Positions 28,466 to 38,653 of a stretch of 64,000 nucleotides of DNA are shown here, one piece after another. A model generated the notes under the pieces. That model ran no database searches. It saw only the letters and a program-made list of their open reading frames with translations, and was not told where the DNA came from. Origin of the DNA: a virus (Duplodnaviria > Caudoviricetes). The translations under genes and the position numbers were made by a program. Positions within the stretch are counted from its first letter, which is position 1, and each line of letters begins with the position of its first letter. The stretch is taken from positions 98,307 through 162,306 of the IMG/VR virus record IMGVR_UViG_3300015608_003951; one strand, 5' to 3'.

Positions 28466-29734
28466 ATGCCCCTTCCAGGACACCCCAACCCGCAACGAAG
28501 CTCCCCGATCAAGCTCGACGGGGCTACCGCAGCACTGGTCCTCCGGTGTCGCGTCGTCCGGTGCGACACGAAGAACTACACGGTCGATCTGGTCAGCATC
28601 TTCGACCGGAAGACCTTCCTGAACGTGCCCGTGGGGTCGCCCTACGTCCACTTTCAGGGGGGTGCAGGGTGGTTCGCGCACGCCTTGGAGAAGGCGATCG
28701 CCTACGTGACCATCCCGAGTGACACGTCTCCACCTTTCGTCCAGTCTTTCGTAGCTCCTGTGCAGGGCCGAGGCCCCTCCGCGTCAGATGGCCCCGCCGA
28801 GACGACGGAAGGCCAGATCGCACAAGAGGAGGGGGAGCAAGCAGGCGTAGCTAAAAAAAGCAGTACGCGTGCCGCCGCATCCTACGCGGCTAATCGCCCC
28901 GACGGCGACGAGGGGGACATGTTCTGGCGAGGGCACGACGGCAACACCCAGATCGTACTTCGCTCCTCTGGCATCCTGGAGATCGGGTCCGGCGCGCTTT
29001 GCCAGCGCGTCTACTTGCCGCTATCTGACAAGATGCTCGACGTGTTCCGGGAGTACGAGGCGCAGACCTCCGGAGGCAGCGTGCACTGGGGTGTGCAACG
29101 TAGGCAGAAAGACCCCACGCAGAAGACGGAAACCTACCGATTGTACGCGGGGGACAAGTACGCTGACATGCGTATCCGCTACGGGGTCGTCTCCGAGCTA
29201 GGCGAGCCTACCGATGACAAAAGCGAGAGCTCCACGCTCGCTGACCTGGCGATCGGCGAGAAGGAGATCTGCCTGGAGGTCGTGCTGGCTGCCCAAGCTT
29301 TCCAGCCGGGGGAGCACGGGGACGAGGTCGACTCGGGCAGCAAGGAGCTCTCCGTCTTTCGCTTCTTCTTCGACAAGGACGGCGGGTTCTTCCTCAGGTC
29401 TGAGTCCAGCGCCCTTGTCCGGGTGCGCAAGAACCTTACGGTCCGCGTGGGGAAGACGCTCACCATTGAGGCTCTAAATCTCGGGCTGAGTGTCGGAGAT
29501 GAGGCCGTCATTCAGGCCAAGAACGCGCTGAGATTCGAGTCCAGCGCCATTATCTTCCAAGGGGGGTCGAGGCCTGTCGCAGCTCAAGGAGACCAGGTGA
29601 TCCTGCCGATACCTTCAGCGCCTGTGACCGGAACGCTTAACGGGCAACCCTTTGCGGGCATCCTCACCTTTCCAACGGGCAACCTGGTGGGGCAGATCCA
29701 GGTGACGCAACAGACAGCTATCAAGGTGCCCTGA
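28466..29734 (+). CDS. putative baseplate hub/spike (gpV-like) protein
   Basis: OB-like N-terminus, beta-repeat C-terminus, RPVAAQGD. Confidence 0.5.
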   Translation: MPLPGHPNPQRSSPIKLDGATAALVLRCRVVRCDTKNYTVDLVSIFDRKTFLNVPVGSPYVHFQGGAGWFAHALEKAIAYVTIPSDTSPPFVQSFVAPVQGRGPSASDGPAETTEGQIAQEEGEQAGVAKKSSTRAAASYAANRPDGDEGDMFWRGHDGNTQIVLRSSGILEIGSGALCQRVYLPLSDKMLDVFREYEAQTSGGSVHWGVQRRQKDPTQKTETYRLYAGDKYADMRIRYGVVSELGEPTDDKSESSTLADLAIGEKEICLEVVLAAQAFQPGEHGDEVDSGSKELSVFRFFFDKDGGFFLRSESSALVRVRKNLTVRVGKTLTIEALNLGLSVGDEAVIQAKNALRFESSAIIFQGGSRPVAAQGDQVILPIPSAPVTGTLNGQPFAGILTFPTGNLVGQIQVTQQTAIKVP

Positions 29735-30360
29735 TGCCTACACCCTACACGCTCAGGGTTTCGGGCACCCTCGGAGAGATTAATGTAGGTGCGCGCCTGG
29801 CCATCCTCGGGTTGATCCCGCTGCTCGCGCAGATCGACGCCTTCCTGAACGCACAGTTCGGTATGGGTGCGCTACAGCTAGATTACGCAGTTCAGCTGCA
29901 AGCCGCGCTCAATGTACATGTCGAGATCACAGACCCTACAGCTCTGCTCACGGGGGCCATCAAGGCGGCTGCCGCTGCCCTGGTCCAGCTTGAGGCTGCC
30001 CTGGCAGCTGGCTTGGTGCCGCCTAGCATCGCTATCGGCGCCTCGGCAAACTTGTCCCTGATCGCAGCGCTGCAAGCCAAGATCGGGGCCATAAACCTGC
30101 TCCTCGACCTTGCCCTGGGCGTGAAGCTGAGCGCCCTCGACCTCCTTGCACAGGTGAAGGGGGCCCTCAGCGTGGGCCCTGCTGCCCTGTACGCCGGCAC
30201 GGGCCAGGGATTGTCCACCGCCTTGTCCGCCATCGCAGCACACGACTACTCCGATGCAGGCCTGGCCCCGGGGGATACCGTGGACATCTTGGTGATTGTT
30301 AGCAAAGCCCCGGGGTTTTATGCTGGAGCTTCAGTACTGTTCGACATGCCGCCGGCCTGA
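29734..30360 (+). CDS. hydrophobic Ala/Leu-rich putative tail/baseplate protein
   Basis: TGATG coupling; composition. Confidence 0.5.
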   Translation: MPTPYTLRVSGTLGEINVGARLAILGLIPLLAQIDAFLNAQFGMGALQLDYAVQLQAALNVHVEITDPTALLTGAIKAAAAALVQLEAALAAGLVPPSIAIGASANLSLIAALQAKIGAINLLLDLALGVKLSALDLLAQVKGALSVGPAALYAGTGQGLSTALSAIAAHDYSDAGLAPGDTVDILVIVSKAPGFYAGASVLFDMPPA

Positions 30361-30372
30361 TACGAGGAAGCC

Positions 30373-32361
30373 ATGACCCTTTTCGTGAAGAAACCTGAAT
30401 ACGGACTGAAGCTGGCGGGCGCGGTGGTGTCCCTCGGCCCGGACCCCTCGGCATGGCCTTCGCAGATCCTGAGTGAGTCCTACAAGACCATTCCCACGCT
30501 TCAAGATTTCGAGCCCAGCGTCAACATCGATCAGACGGACCGCGAGACCAAGTCCGCCTACGGGGCTCTTGTGATCTCCTCGAAAAGCGATCCGATCCAC
30601 CCGTCGCCCTTCGTGCGCACGGTGCACATTCCGATCATCGTCGAGAATGGCAAGCTGGCGCCTTTCGACATCATGGTCATCGCCCCCTCCGACGATAACC
30701 CTCAGGCCAAGACCCTCCCCCTCACGGACAAGCGACTGCGGCAGGCGCTCTTCCGGCCCGACACGTTCGACACCACCTCCCAAGCCCCGCCGGACGTTAG
30801 CCTGACGAACGCGCTCTTCCCCCCTAGCCGTGACGGCTACAACGGGTATGGCGCTCTCGCTGGGCTGGGCAAGATGGCCAGCGCGTCCCTACTCAACGCG
30901 GCCCTCCTGTTCTCCCCCACCTCCAGAGCAGTGAAGCTTGCACACCGCCTGGTGGAGAACCGGAGCGCACTCCTTCACAACTCCAAGGTCGCCTCGGCGA
31001 TCTCCCTGGTGCTCCAGAGGACCAAAGCGGGGGACGTGGACAAGACGGCCCTGTGGGAGAAGGTGGCGGCTGCGGTGCCCAGCGACACCTACTCCGTCAA
31101 GGAGGCGGGCGGCGGCAAGTACCTGGTGAAGCATGCCAACCGCCACAGCTGGAAGGTCACCAGCTTCGAGATTGACCGGGGGCAGCTCCTCAAGCTCGCA
31201 GACAAGAAGACGGTCGAGGACCTCGATGCCGGCGGTAACGCCAGCTCGGTGATGTTCAGCGACCAGGACCCCGTGAAGGGGGAGCCCGAGCACACCAACT
31301 ACAAGACCATCACCTCCTCGGGTGTCTATCGCGTCCACACGGGCGAGGGGGCGGACAGTCGTGACCTCATAGGTATGGTCATCCCCCGTCTCGTGGAGCT
31401 CGATGGCACCACGGTCCCGATCGCCTTGTTCACGAACGGCTCGGAGAGCGCCCTTCAGGGGGAGATCGCAGGGGAGCAGGTTTCTGCGGCACCCCCTGTC
31501 CTCCCTCGTGGACGCCCCTCGGGCTACGGGGCCTTCATGGGCACGGACTCGGAGGGTAAGCTCGTCTCCACGGTACCCGTCCAGATCAGCTCCTCCCTGG
31601 TGGATCAGTCTTCCGACGGTTTCCTGGTGGAAGGCGTGGATGGTACCAAGGCGACGGTGAAGCAGATCCCGCACATCATGGAGCCCGCTGGGGTGGACGG
31701 GGTGCTGATGCTGCCGATGTCCTTTAACTGGGTGCCGCTGGAGAGGAGCAAGATCGTGGTGCTCGCCTCGGCCCAGGCCAAGGAGGCGAGCATCTCGACG
31801 GACAACGTGGTGACGGTCTACCACAGCGGAGGTTTGCTTAACCTCCACGGGGCCCCGGTCGAGAAGCTGGCTACCGAGGAGCGCGCCTGGCTGGATGTCT
31901 CGGACGCCTGCTTCATGCTCGTGGCCATGGGGGCGAATCCTGAAACCCTGCAAGAGAAGCTCGCGCAGTCGCTCCTGGGCCCGGTCTCCGTCAAGGTGGC
32001 CGGCGGCATCACGCCTCGGGACCAGGCCCTGAAGGAGGCTCAAGCCAAGCTCGCAAGCCAGCTGCCGACGTGGACGCAGCCCGCCCCTGACCTGGTGAAG
32101 GAGGCGGCTTACGTCCCTGACCCGAAGAGCGTGGACACCCTCCTGGGCCTTAACCTGTTGACGCCGGACAACGTCCTCACCTTCGTGCAGAAGATCCCCC
32201 AGATCGAGGAGACCCAGCAGACGCTGTGCGAGCTGCTGCTGGCCGCCCGTCTGGGTCTGCAAGAGGTGCCGGCAGCGGCCCTGGAGCGCGCCATCCAGTC
32301 CGTGGAAGCGGTTCTTGAGGGACTTCATCAGCTCAAGTTCCAGGAGCCGATGTCCGCGTGA
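30373..32361 (+). CDS. putative virion protein rich in K-x-A motifs
   Basis: GAGGA SD; about 17 K-x-A motifs. Confidence 0.6.
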   Translation: MTLFVKKPEYGLKLAGAVVSLGPDPSAWPSQILSESYKTIPTLQDFEPSVNIDQTDRETKSAYGALVISSKSDPIHPSPFVRTVHIPIIVENGKLAPFDIMVIAPSDDNPQAKTLPLTDKRLRQALFRPDTFDTTSQAPPDVSLTNALFPPSRDGYNGYGALAGLGKMASASLLNAALLFSPTSRAVKLAHRLVENRSALLHNSKVASAISLVLQRTKAGDVDKTALWEKVAAAVPSDTYSVKEAGGGKYLVKHANRHSWKVTSFEIDRGQLLKLADKKTVEDLDAGGNASSVMFSDQDPVKGEPEHTNYKTITSSGVYRVHTGEGADSRDLIGMVIPRLVELDGTTVPIALFTNGSESALQGEIAGEQVSAAPPVLPRGRPSGYGAFMGTDSEGKLVSTVPVQISSSLVDQSSDGFLVEGVDGTKATVKQIPHIMEPAGVDGVLMLPMSFNWVPLERSKIVVLASAQAKEASISTDNVVTVYHSGGLLNLHGAPVEKLATEERAWLDVSDACFMLVAMGANPETLQEKLAQSLLGPVSVKVAGGITPRDQALKEAQAKLASQLPTWTQPAPDLVKEAAYVPDPKSVDTLLGLNLLTPDNVLTFVQKIPQIEETQQTLCELLLAARLGLQEVPAAALERAIQSVEAVLEGLHQLKFQEPMSA

Positions 32362-33377
32362 TCCGCAGCAGCCCGTGCCGCAAGTACCTGACGTTCCTGC
32401 TAGCTCTAGGATGGTCCTTGGAGAAGATCGAGGACCACTGCATCGAGCTACAGCTGGACTACATCGACCAGGCCTACTTGCAGAAGCTCCTCTCGGACAT
32501 CGCACGTCCCAAGGTGTTCAGGCCCAACGATCGCCGCCACGCACCTAGCCTGCTCTGGCTGGCCGAGCACGGGCTGTCTGGGCTCTTCCCCCTGCCTTGG
32601 GTAGATGCGCCCCGAGAAGCCTTCCGACACATCCAGCACAGGAAGGCGAAGGAGGTCATCGAGACACTTGGCCTCCTGCGGGCCACCCCCGAGAAGATCG
32701 TGGAGACCCTCAAGCTGGCCAAGATACAGGCCTCCGTTGAAGGGGTGTCCGCTGCATTGGACCTGTTTTGGGACCTCGATATCCTGGATCAGGTAGAGCT
32801 CCGCGCCTTGCTGGAGCTCAGGCTACCTAGCCAGGCTCAGCTAGTCGACGAGGACACGGCCGCGAAGGCGTCTGCCGTGAAGAGGGCTAGTTGGTCAGAC
32901 CCCAGGCGTGCAGTCGTTGGTATGCCGCAAAACCCGGGGGCCATCCTTTACGCACAGTCCGCGCTGGGCGTTCCGAGCCGGCGGCTTGATATCGGCAAGA
33001 TGTGCGAGATCGTGACGGCGCTGCTGATGCAGAAGGTCCTGGAGAAGCTCAACAGCAACAGGCCTGAGGCGTCGATGGACGTGAACAGCCTGCTCAACGG
33101 CGTCCGAACTACTCAAGAGATCGCCAAGGGGCTCAGCTCCCCTGCTTCCGCGAGCGAGAACCTCCGAGCAGCTCTGATCAAACACCGGCGGACAGGCGTC
33201 CTCGAACATTCTGCCTTGACTACAGACCAGGTAGACCTGTCACCATACATGAATGCCGGAACAGACAGAAATCAACGTGCTCTCCCAGGAGCGGGAGCAG
33301 CCAACCCCGACCCCGATCCACCTACGCCTGAGCCCGAGAAAGTGGTTCCTGGCGAAGTGGGTGGTGAGGGAGAATGA
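32358..33377 (+). CDS. hypothetical protein (candidate terminase small subunit by position only)
   Basis: GTGA coupling; helical; upstream of terminase. Confidence 0.55.
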   Translation: MIRSSPCRKYLTFLLALGWSLEKIEDHCIELQLDYIDQAYLQKLLSDIARPKVFRPNDRRHAPSLLWLAEHGLSGLFPLPWVDAPREAFRHIQHRKAKEVIETLGLLRATPEKIVETLKLAKIQASVEGVSAALDLFWDLDILDQVELRALLELRLPSQAQLVDEDTAAKASAVKRASWSDPRRAVVGMPQNPGAILYAQSALGVPSRRLDIGKMCEIVTALLMQKVLEKLNSNRPEASMDVNSLLNGVRTTQEIAKGLSSPASASENLRAALIKHRRTGVLEHSALTTDQVDLSPYMNAGTDRNQRALPGAGAANPDPDPPTPEPEKVVPGEVGGEGE

Positions 33378-33798
33378 CGGCAAGCTGATCTTGCAGCTCT
33401 ACCTCCACCGGAGTGTTCCGCCCTTCCACTTCGATGAGACGGAGACCAAGCTCAAGGCCCCTCGACCCACGGACGACCCTCCGGCTGAGGGGTACATCGA
33501 CTTCTGGCACCAGGAAGACAGCCTCTTCCCGGTAGCGGCCGCGGAGGCTTGTGTCGCCTTCTTTGCCCCCGTGAGTGCCCCCACGCTCGCCCTCCAGCGC
33601 AGCCTTGCCCTCGGTCGTGTAGGCAGGCGAGGTGCAGGCTACGCCACCGAAGGCGTTGATGCCTGGTCCTTCACCCACCACAAGTTCTCGGAGCACTTCG
33701 CCCGCAACGAGCACGCCTCGACGGTGGAGGAGCTGCTGAACAAGATCAACGACGCCGTTGAGTCGGCCTACTCGAAAACTTCACGTAGCCCGGCTTGA
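33253..33798 (+). CDS. hypothetical protein; true start probably near 33360
   Basis: Fills the gap before terminase. Confidence 0.5.
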   Translation: MPEQTEINVLSQEREQPTPTPIHLRLSPRKWFLAKWVVRENDGKLILQLYLHRSVPPFHFDETETKLKAPRPTDDPPAEGYIDFWHQEDSLFPVAAAEACVAFFAPVSAPTLALQRSLALGRVGRRGAGYATEGVDAWSFTHHKFSEHFARNEHASTVEELLNKINDAVESAYSKTSRSPA

Positions 33799-33962
33799 TC
33801 GATAGGTACACGGACAACCCGGCTTGTTTGGCGTAGCTAGCAACAAGCTCCCGAAGAGCTTCCTTAACGGCGCGGTCCAGCGGGTGCTTGAGCTGAAGAA
33901 ATAGGCCGTCGTCTCTGGACAGCGTGGACCCTGTCCAGCACTCTTCCCCTGCTGAACGAATC

Positions 33963-36900
33963 ATGGCTATCAAGTCCAAAAGTTTTGAAGAGGTCTTGGT
34001 CGACGACGAGTTCGATGACCCCGGGGAGTTCAACTCCGATGAGGGGGTAGATGGGCCAGACATCGGAGACTTGGGGACTTCGGTCATAGAGACAACCCTT
34101 TCTGAGTTCGTTCAAGCGGTTCTCACAATCCCGGACGCGGAGGGGCGCTTTGCACCCTTCTCCTTCCACGGCCGGCGTCACATGATACCCATCTACGATA
34201 CGCCAGCCAGGGACATCCTGCTGATGTGTGGGCGTCAGGTGGAAAAGTGTGTAGGGGCGCGTACCCCCATCCTTCTGCCCTCGGGGGAGGTGCAGGAGAT
34301 CCGGCACTGCAAGGTAGGCCAGCGCGTCGTGACCCTCAAGGGGGAGGGTGTTCTGGGTGAAGGTGAGGTGGTGTGGGTAAGCCCCGAGCGCAGGAAGCCC
34401 TGTCTCAAATTGACAACGCGTACGGGCCACCAGCTCGTCTGTGCCAAGACCCACCCTATCCGGACGTGGGGTGCCTGGACCGAGGCCAAGGACCTCGTGG
34501 TGGGGGACAAGGTAGCGAGTGTCCGTAAGCTGAATGCGCCGGACCTTTATGCCGCTAGCGCGAGGCCCCCCTTCGATGAAGCGCAGGTGTTCAAGATCCT
34601 GTGGACGGCTATCGCTCTTGGTCCTTGCGTGCACCGCGATCCTGGATACCAGGTGGTTTGCAGGACCACGACTATTCGACGGGCCGTCGAGGAGTCGCTG
34701 TTTAATTTGGGGTACACGGAGGACGCCGATTACCGCGTCTACCTGCGCACGCCGGGGTCTAACCCTTCCTTCTATCTCGGTGTGGACTGTAGGAGCGTGC
34801 TCTCGGTGCTTGATTCGACCACAGCAGGCGCGACGATACCCTCCTGGGTGTTCAAGAGCAGCGCGGAGGAGCAGAGGCTCTTCTTGCGGTACCTGTGGGC
34901 GTGCGCAGGCACGGTGCACGTGAGTCTGGCTGGCTCTATCAGCATAAGATTCATGGATCAGCGCCACACGCTTCTGGATAGCCTCCAGCGGCTTCTCTGG
35001 CGTTCAGGGATCCCGACCTCCAGGCGTGTGCAACGCGTAGCCGGGCAGGAGTACGGCTACTTGCGCGTGGAGACCTCCGACGGCATCTCCCGCATGAATA
35101 CGATCCTGTGCGAGGAGCAGAAATACCAGCACGAGCCCGGGCAATCCCGTAGCCCCTACGATACCTTTCCGGACGGCCTTAACCGGGATTTGCGCCTCCT
35201 ACTGGACGACGCTCAGGCCCCTAGTCTCCGGCAGCTGAAGACAAAGATCGATCGAGCTTTCACTCCCGACAGGCTCAAAGCTCTCGTGGGTAAGCTCCAG
35301 GGGTTGAAGCTGCACCCGCACAGGCTGAACGCCATGCAGCAGCACGCGGACACGGATCTGCTGTGGGATAACATTGTCAGCATCGAGCCCGTAGGGGATG
35401 TGAAGTGCCTGGATATCCAGGTGTCGCCAGGCCGCAGCTTCGTGGCCAACGGCCTGGTCACGCACAACAGCACCTACCTTGGTAACAGGGCTTTGGCTCT
35501 TTGTGCCCTTATCCCGGGGTACAAGGTGCTCTACGTCTCCCCCTCCGCCCAGCAGACGAAGACGTTTAGCACGGACAGGCTCAAGCTACCTGTCGAGACC
35601 TCCGCTGTCCTGAAAGCCCTCTCCAAGGGGGCCACGCAGAACGTGTTGGAAAAGGAGTTTAACAACGGAGCTAAGGTGGTCTTGCGTAGCGCCTTCCTGA
35701 GCGCAGACCGCGTGCGTGGCCAGGCCGCGTACCTCCTCGACCTGGATGAGCTGCAAGACCTTATATCCGACCACATCCCCGTCATCGAGCCGGCGATAAG
35801 CCACGCCCCCAAGCTGTACCAGAGTCGATGCTACTCGGGCACGCCGAAGAGCATGAACAACCACATCGAGGAGCGGTGGTCAGGCCTGAACCGTGAGGGC
35901 AGACACCGCAGCACGATGGGCGAGTGGTTGGTGCCCTGTGACCGCTGCGGTTCCAAGGCCAAGACCGCAGGGGGCAGGTTCTGGCAGGCTCTCGGGGAGA
36001 AGAACATAGGGAAGAAGGGGCTGATCTGCTCCAGGTGCGGTAAGCTGATCCAGGCACAGCACCCGGATGCGGGCTGGTACCACCAGCACCCTGAAGGCGA
36101 GTTTGAGGGGTACCGTATCCCCCAGTTGATGGCAGCATGGATCGACTGGGAAAAGATCCTCCACGCCTACAACACCTACCCTCCGCAGCAGTTTTACAAC
36201 GAGGTCCTGGGGCTCAGTCTGGACGCTGCGGACAGGCCCCTTACCTCCTCCGAGATCAACGCATGCTGCGACCCCCGGATATCCATGACAGGCGCCTTCC
36301 GGGGGACGACGTACATCCACCCGGAGCACTTCCTCCCCAGCGTGTGGTCAAACCCTGTATTTGCAGGCATTGACTGGGGGTTCGGCACCAGCAGTTACAC
36401 GATCCTGTCTCTGGGCACCTACCTGAACGGTAAGTTCACGGTCTTCTACATGAAGCGCTTCACGGGGGCTGAGGCCTCTGATTTCCAGCTCCAGATGAAT
36501 ATCATCGTGGAGATCCTTACGCGATTTCAGGTGAAGATCTGCGGCACGGACTTCGGCTTCGGGGTACAGCAGAACGACACCCTGATGCGGATATTTGGGC
36601 CTGGCCGTATCCAGGTGTACCAGCACTTGGCCCGGGCAAAGTACAAGGTGGAGTACGATCGCAAGATCCACCGATGGAAGCTTTACCGTACGCTGGTCAT
36701 GGCGGACCACATCAACGCCATCAAGCGTAAAGCTGTGGTCTTTCCGAGGTGGGAGGAGTTTGGCGGATCCTTCGCGGAGGACTTCACCAACATTACTGCG
36801 GAATATAGCGAGACGCAGCGCATGGTCGTCTACGACCACGCCAGCAACAAGACGGACGACGCCTTCCACAGCTACCTCTACCTATTCCTGGCCAGTCAGG

Positions 36901-36998
36901 TGGCCATCAAGCGTCCGGACATCCTTGTCCCTACGGTGATCGGCACGCCGGGCCAGCACCCCATCTTTGTCTCGATGGACCCCATCGATCAGAGCTAA
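33963..36998 (+). CDS. terminase large subunit (lambda gpA-like) with intein
   Basis: Walker A GRQVEK|ST, YVSPS, RG, LDE, GTPK, CxxC pairs, FYNEVLG, GIDWG, DDAFH. Confidence 0.9.
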   Translation: MAIKSKSFEEVLVDDEFDDPGEFNSDEGVDGPDIGDLGTSVIETTLSEFVQAVLTIPDAEGRFAPFSFHGRRHMIPIYDTPARDILLMCGRQVEKCVGARTPILLPSGEVQEIRHCKVGQRVVTLKGEGVLGEGEVVWVSPERRKPCLKLTTRTGHQLVCAKTHPIRTWGAWTEAKDLVVGDKVASVRKLNAPDLYAASARPPFDEAQVFKILWTAIALGPCVHRDPGYQVVCRTTTIRRAVEESLFNLGYTEDADYRVYLRTPGSNPSFYLGVDCRSVLSVLDSTTAGATIPSWVFKSSAEEQRLFLRYLWACAGTVHVSLAGSISIRFMDQRHTLLDSLQRLLWRSGIPTSRRVQRVAGQEYGYLRVETSDGISRMNTILCEEQKYQHEPGQSRSPYDTFPDGLNRDLRLLLDDAQAPSLRQLKTKIDRAFTPDRLKALVGKLQGLKLHPHRLNAMQQHADTDLLWDNIVSIEPVGDVKCLDIQVSPGRSFVANGLVTHNSTYLGNRALALCALIPGYKVLYVSPSAQQTKTFSTDRLKLPVETSAVLKALSKGATQNVLEKEFNNGAKVVLRSAFLSADRVRGQAAYLLDLDELQDLISDHIPVIEPAISHAPKLYQSRCYSGTPKSMNNHIEERWSGLNREGRHRSTMGEWLVPCDRCGSKAKTAGGRFWQALGEKNIGKKGLICSRCGKLIQAQHPDAGWYHQHPEGEFEGYRIPQLMAAWIDWEKILHAYNTYPPQQFYNEVLGLSLDAADRPLTSSEINACCDPRISMTGAFRGTTYIHPEHFLPSVWSNPVFAGIDWGFGTSSYTILSLGTYLNGKFTVFYMKRFTGAEASDFQLQMNIIVEILTRFQVKICGTDFGFGVQQNDTLMRIFGPGRIQVYQHLARAKYKVEYDRKIHRWKLYRTLVMADHINAIKRKAVVFPRWEEFGGSFAEDFTNITAEYSETQRMVVYDHASNKTDDAFHSYLYLFLASQVAIKRPDILVPTVIGTPGQHPIFVSMDPIDQS
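34248..35468 (+). mobile_element. intein (407 aa) in terminase Walker A
   Basis: EK|CVGART...CAKTH...LDIQV...GLVTHN|STY; endonuclease motifs look degenerate. Confidence 0.92.
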
Positions 36999-37009
36999 AA
37001 AAGCCCCTC

Positions 37010-37372
37010 CTACCGGGTGCGCAGCTCGGCTGCGTAAACCCGCCGAAGCACCTCTTCAGGGTGCAACACGGATCGGCTTCGGTCCGCCTCCTCCAGGACA
37101 GCCTGTAGCGTGATCCTGTGCTCGGAGGCGAGGACAAAGGTCTTCGTGGCTTCGCTGAGCCACGAGGGTGTGATGTGTCGCACCGCACGGGCGTACCTCT
37201 CGACACACGCACGGGGATCACTGCCCGCCGTGCGTGTGTCGAGGAGCTCCTTCCAGTGCTTGTAGCGGAGCAGGGTTGTTTGCCCCGGGCTCAGCGACAG
37301 GAGCTTTGCCTTCAGGAGGAGGCGCCCGTCGATGAGCACCAGGAGTGTCGCGTTTATGGCCCGATGTAGCAT
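37010..37372 (-). CDS. hypothetical protein
   Basis: Last gene of leftward block, convergent with terminase. Confidence 0.5.
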   Translation of the reverse strand: MLHRAINATLLVLIDGRLLLKAKLLSLSPGQTTLLRYKHWKELLDTRTAGSDPRACVERYARAVRHITPSWLSEATKTFVLASEHRITLQAVLEEADRSRSVLHPEEVLRRVYAAELRTR

Positions 37373-37845
37373 TCAGGGACCGTGGGGTGGTTGGCGCACG
37401 CACGCAGGCGATCCGACGCCTCCCTGTGCTCTCGGGCCCAGAACTCGTCGCTGCTCTCCCCTGGACGGGCTTCCTGCGGCCCATCCATGGACAGGATGTA
37501 GAGCATCAGGGCCCGATGCGCCCTGTCCTCCCGGCGCATGGTCATCTCTTCCTGGATGCGACGGATCAGGTCGCGCGCCGGGTGGTACCCGTGAGGGAAG
37601 GGCCACACCCTGTATTGCGTGAAGGTGGAAGTCCTGGTGTGCACGAACTTCAGGCTCTTCCCGTCGTGCGCGATCACCATGAGCGCGGTCTCGTACACGC
37701 CGTACATGCCCTCGTACCTCAGGAGGTGGCCCTCGAATACGATTTTCGTGGGCTGGTTCGTGAACTCGAACAGCTTGAACCAGCCCACAGGCTTGTCGAG
37801 CCTGCGCGCGGCCAAGATGTCATTGTATTCACTTACGCAGGGCAC
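37354..37845 (-). CDS. hypothetical protein
   Basis: GGAGG + GTG overlapping upstream TAG. Confidence 0.55.
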   Translation of the reverse strand: MPCVSEYNDILAARRLDKPVGWFKLFEFTNQPTKIVFEGHLLRYEGMYGVYETALMVIAHDGKSLKFVHTRTSTFTQYRVWPFPHGYHPARDLIRRIQEEMTMRREDRAHRALMLYILSMDGPQEARPGESSDEFWAREHREASDRLRACANHPTVPECYIGP

Positions 37846-38156
37846 TACCTGCGCCTCCTCGGCCTCACCGCCGCGAGGAGGTCCTGCATGGCCTTGACGA
37901 TGGCCGTGACCGCGTAGCCCTGCCACCTGTGGGCCTCCGCTTTCGGGAGGTTTTGGTCGTGGAGGGGGCGATCGGAGAACATGCCCTCCTCCCCAGAGAC
38001 CAGCAGGCGAGTCGTATCTCCCCTCCCCGTCTCCAGAGAGACGTAGAAGGTCAAGGTGTTGTAGGGGGTCTGGACCTCCCACAACCAGTCCTGCACGGAT
38101 ATCACCGACGCGCCCTCCATGTAGGAATGCGCGTCGGACTTCTTCCACGTTTTCAT
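37845..38156 (-). CDS. hypothetical protein
   Basis: AAGGAG SD; TAATG coupling. Confidence 0.65.
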   Translation of the reverse strand: MKTWKKSDAHSYMEGASVISVQDWLWEVQTPYNTLTFYVSLETGRGDTTRLLVSGEEGMFSDRPLHDQNLPKAEAHRWQGYAVTAIVKAMQDLLAAVRPRRRR

Positions 38157-38653
38157 TAGGGCTCCTTCATGTTCCGGATGGTGAGGTACCGGTCATCGCT
38201 GAGCCGCACCCGGTTACAGATGCGGCGCACCTTGAAGAGGCTCAGCCCGCACTTCTTCGCCACTTCAGAGAGGCTGAACCCCTGATGCACGAGCACCAGA
38301 GCTTTGCAGCAGGCGCGGTTGCCGGGAGGGGTCCTGGTGCTGTTCGCCCTGCGGTAGACGAACCGTTGCAGCTCGATCGGGATGTGGAGGGCTGACCCCG
38401 AAGGCTTGGGCTCCCGGACCCTCTCCTTCATCTCCGTGGGGGCGTCGACCAGCTCCGCGTATTTCTTGGCTGCACCCGCCAGCAGCGCCTCGATGCCGCT
38501 AGGGCTACAGTTGAACGCGTCGGCCAACCAGGCCAACTGGTCCGTCGACAGGCCGACGGTGTGGTGTAGGTGGTACGACAGACGAAGGATCTGGAGGTAG
38601 CTCCAGATCTCCCCATCAGCCGCGATTGAGTCTTCGACCGTCTTTTCAGGCAA
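38156..38653 (-). CDS. HTH DNA-binding protein
   Basis: QGFSLSEVAKKCGLSLFKVRR; AAGGAGG + TTG. Confidence 0.65.
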   Translation of the reverse strand: MPEKTVEDSIAADGEIWSYLQILRLSYHLHHTVGLSTDQLAWLADAFNCSPSGIEALLAGAAKKYAELVDAPTEMKERVREPKPSGSALHIPIELQRFVYRRANSTRTPPGNRACCKALVLVHQGFSLSEVAKKCGLSLFKVRRICNRVRLSDDRYLTIRNMKEP

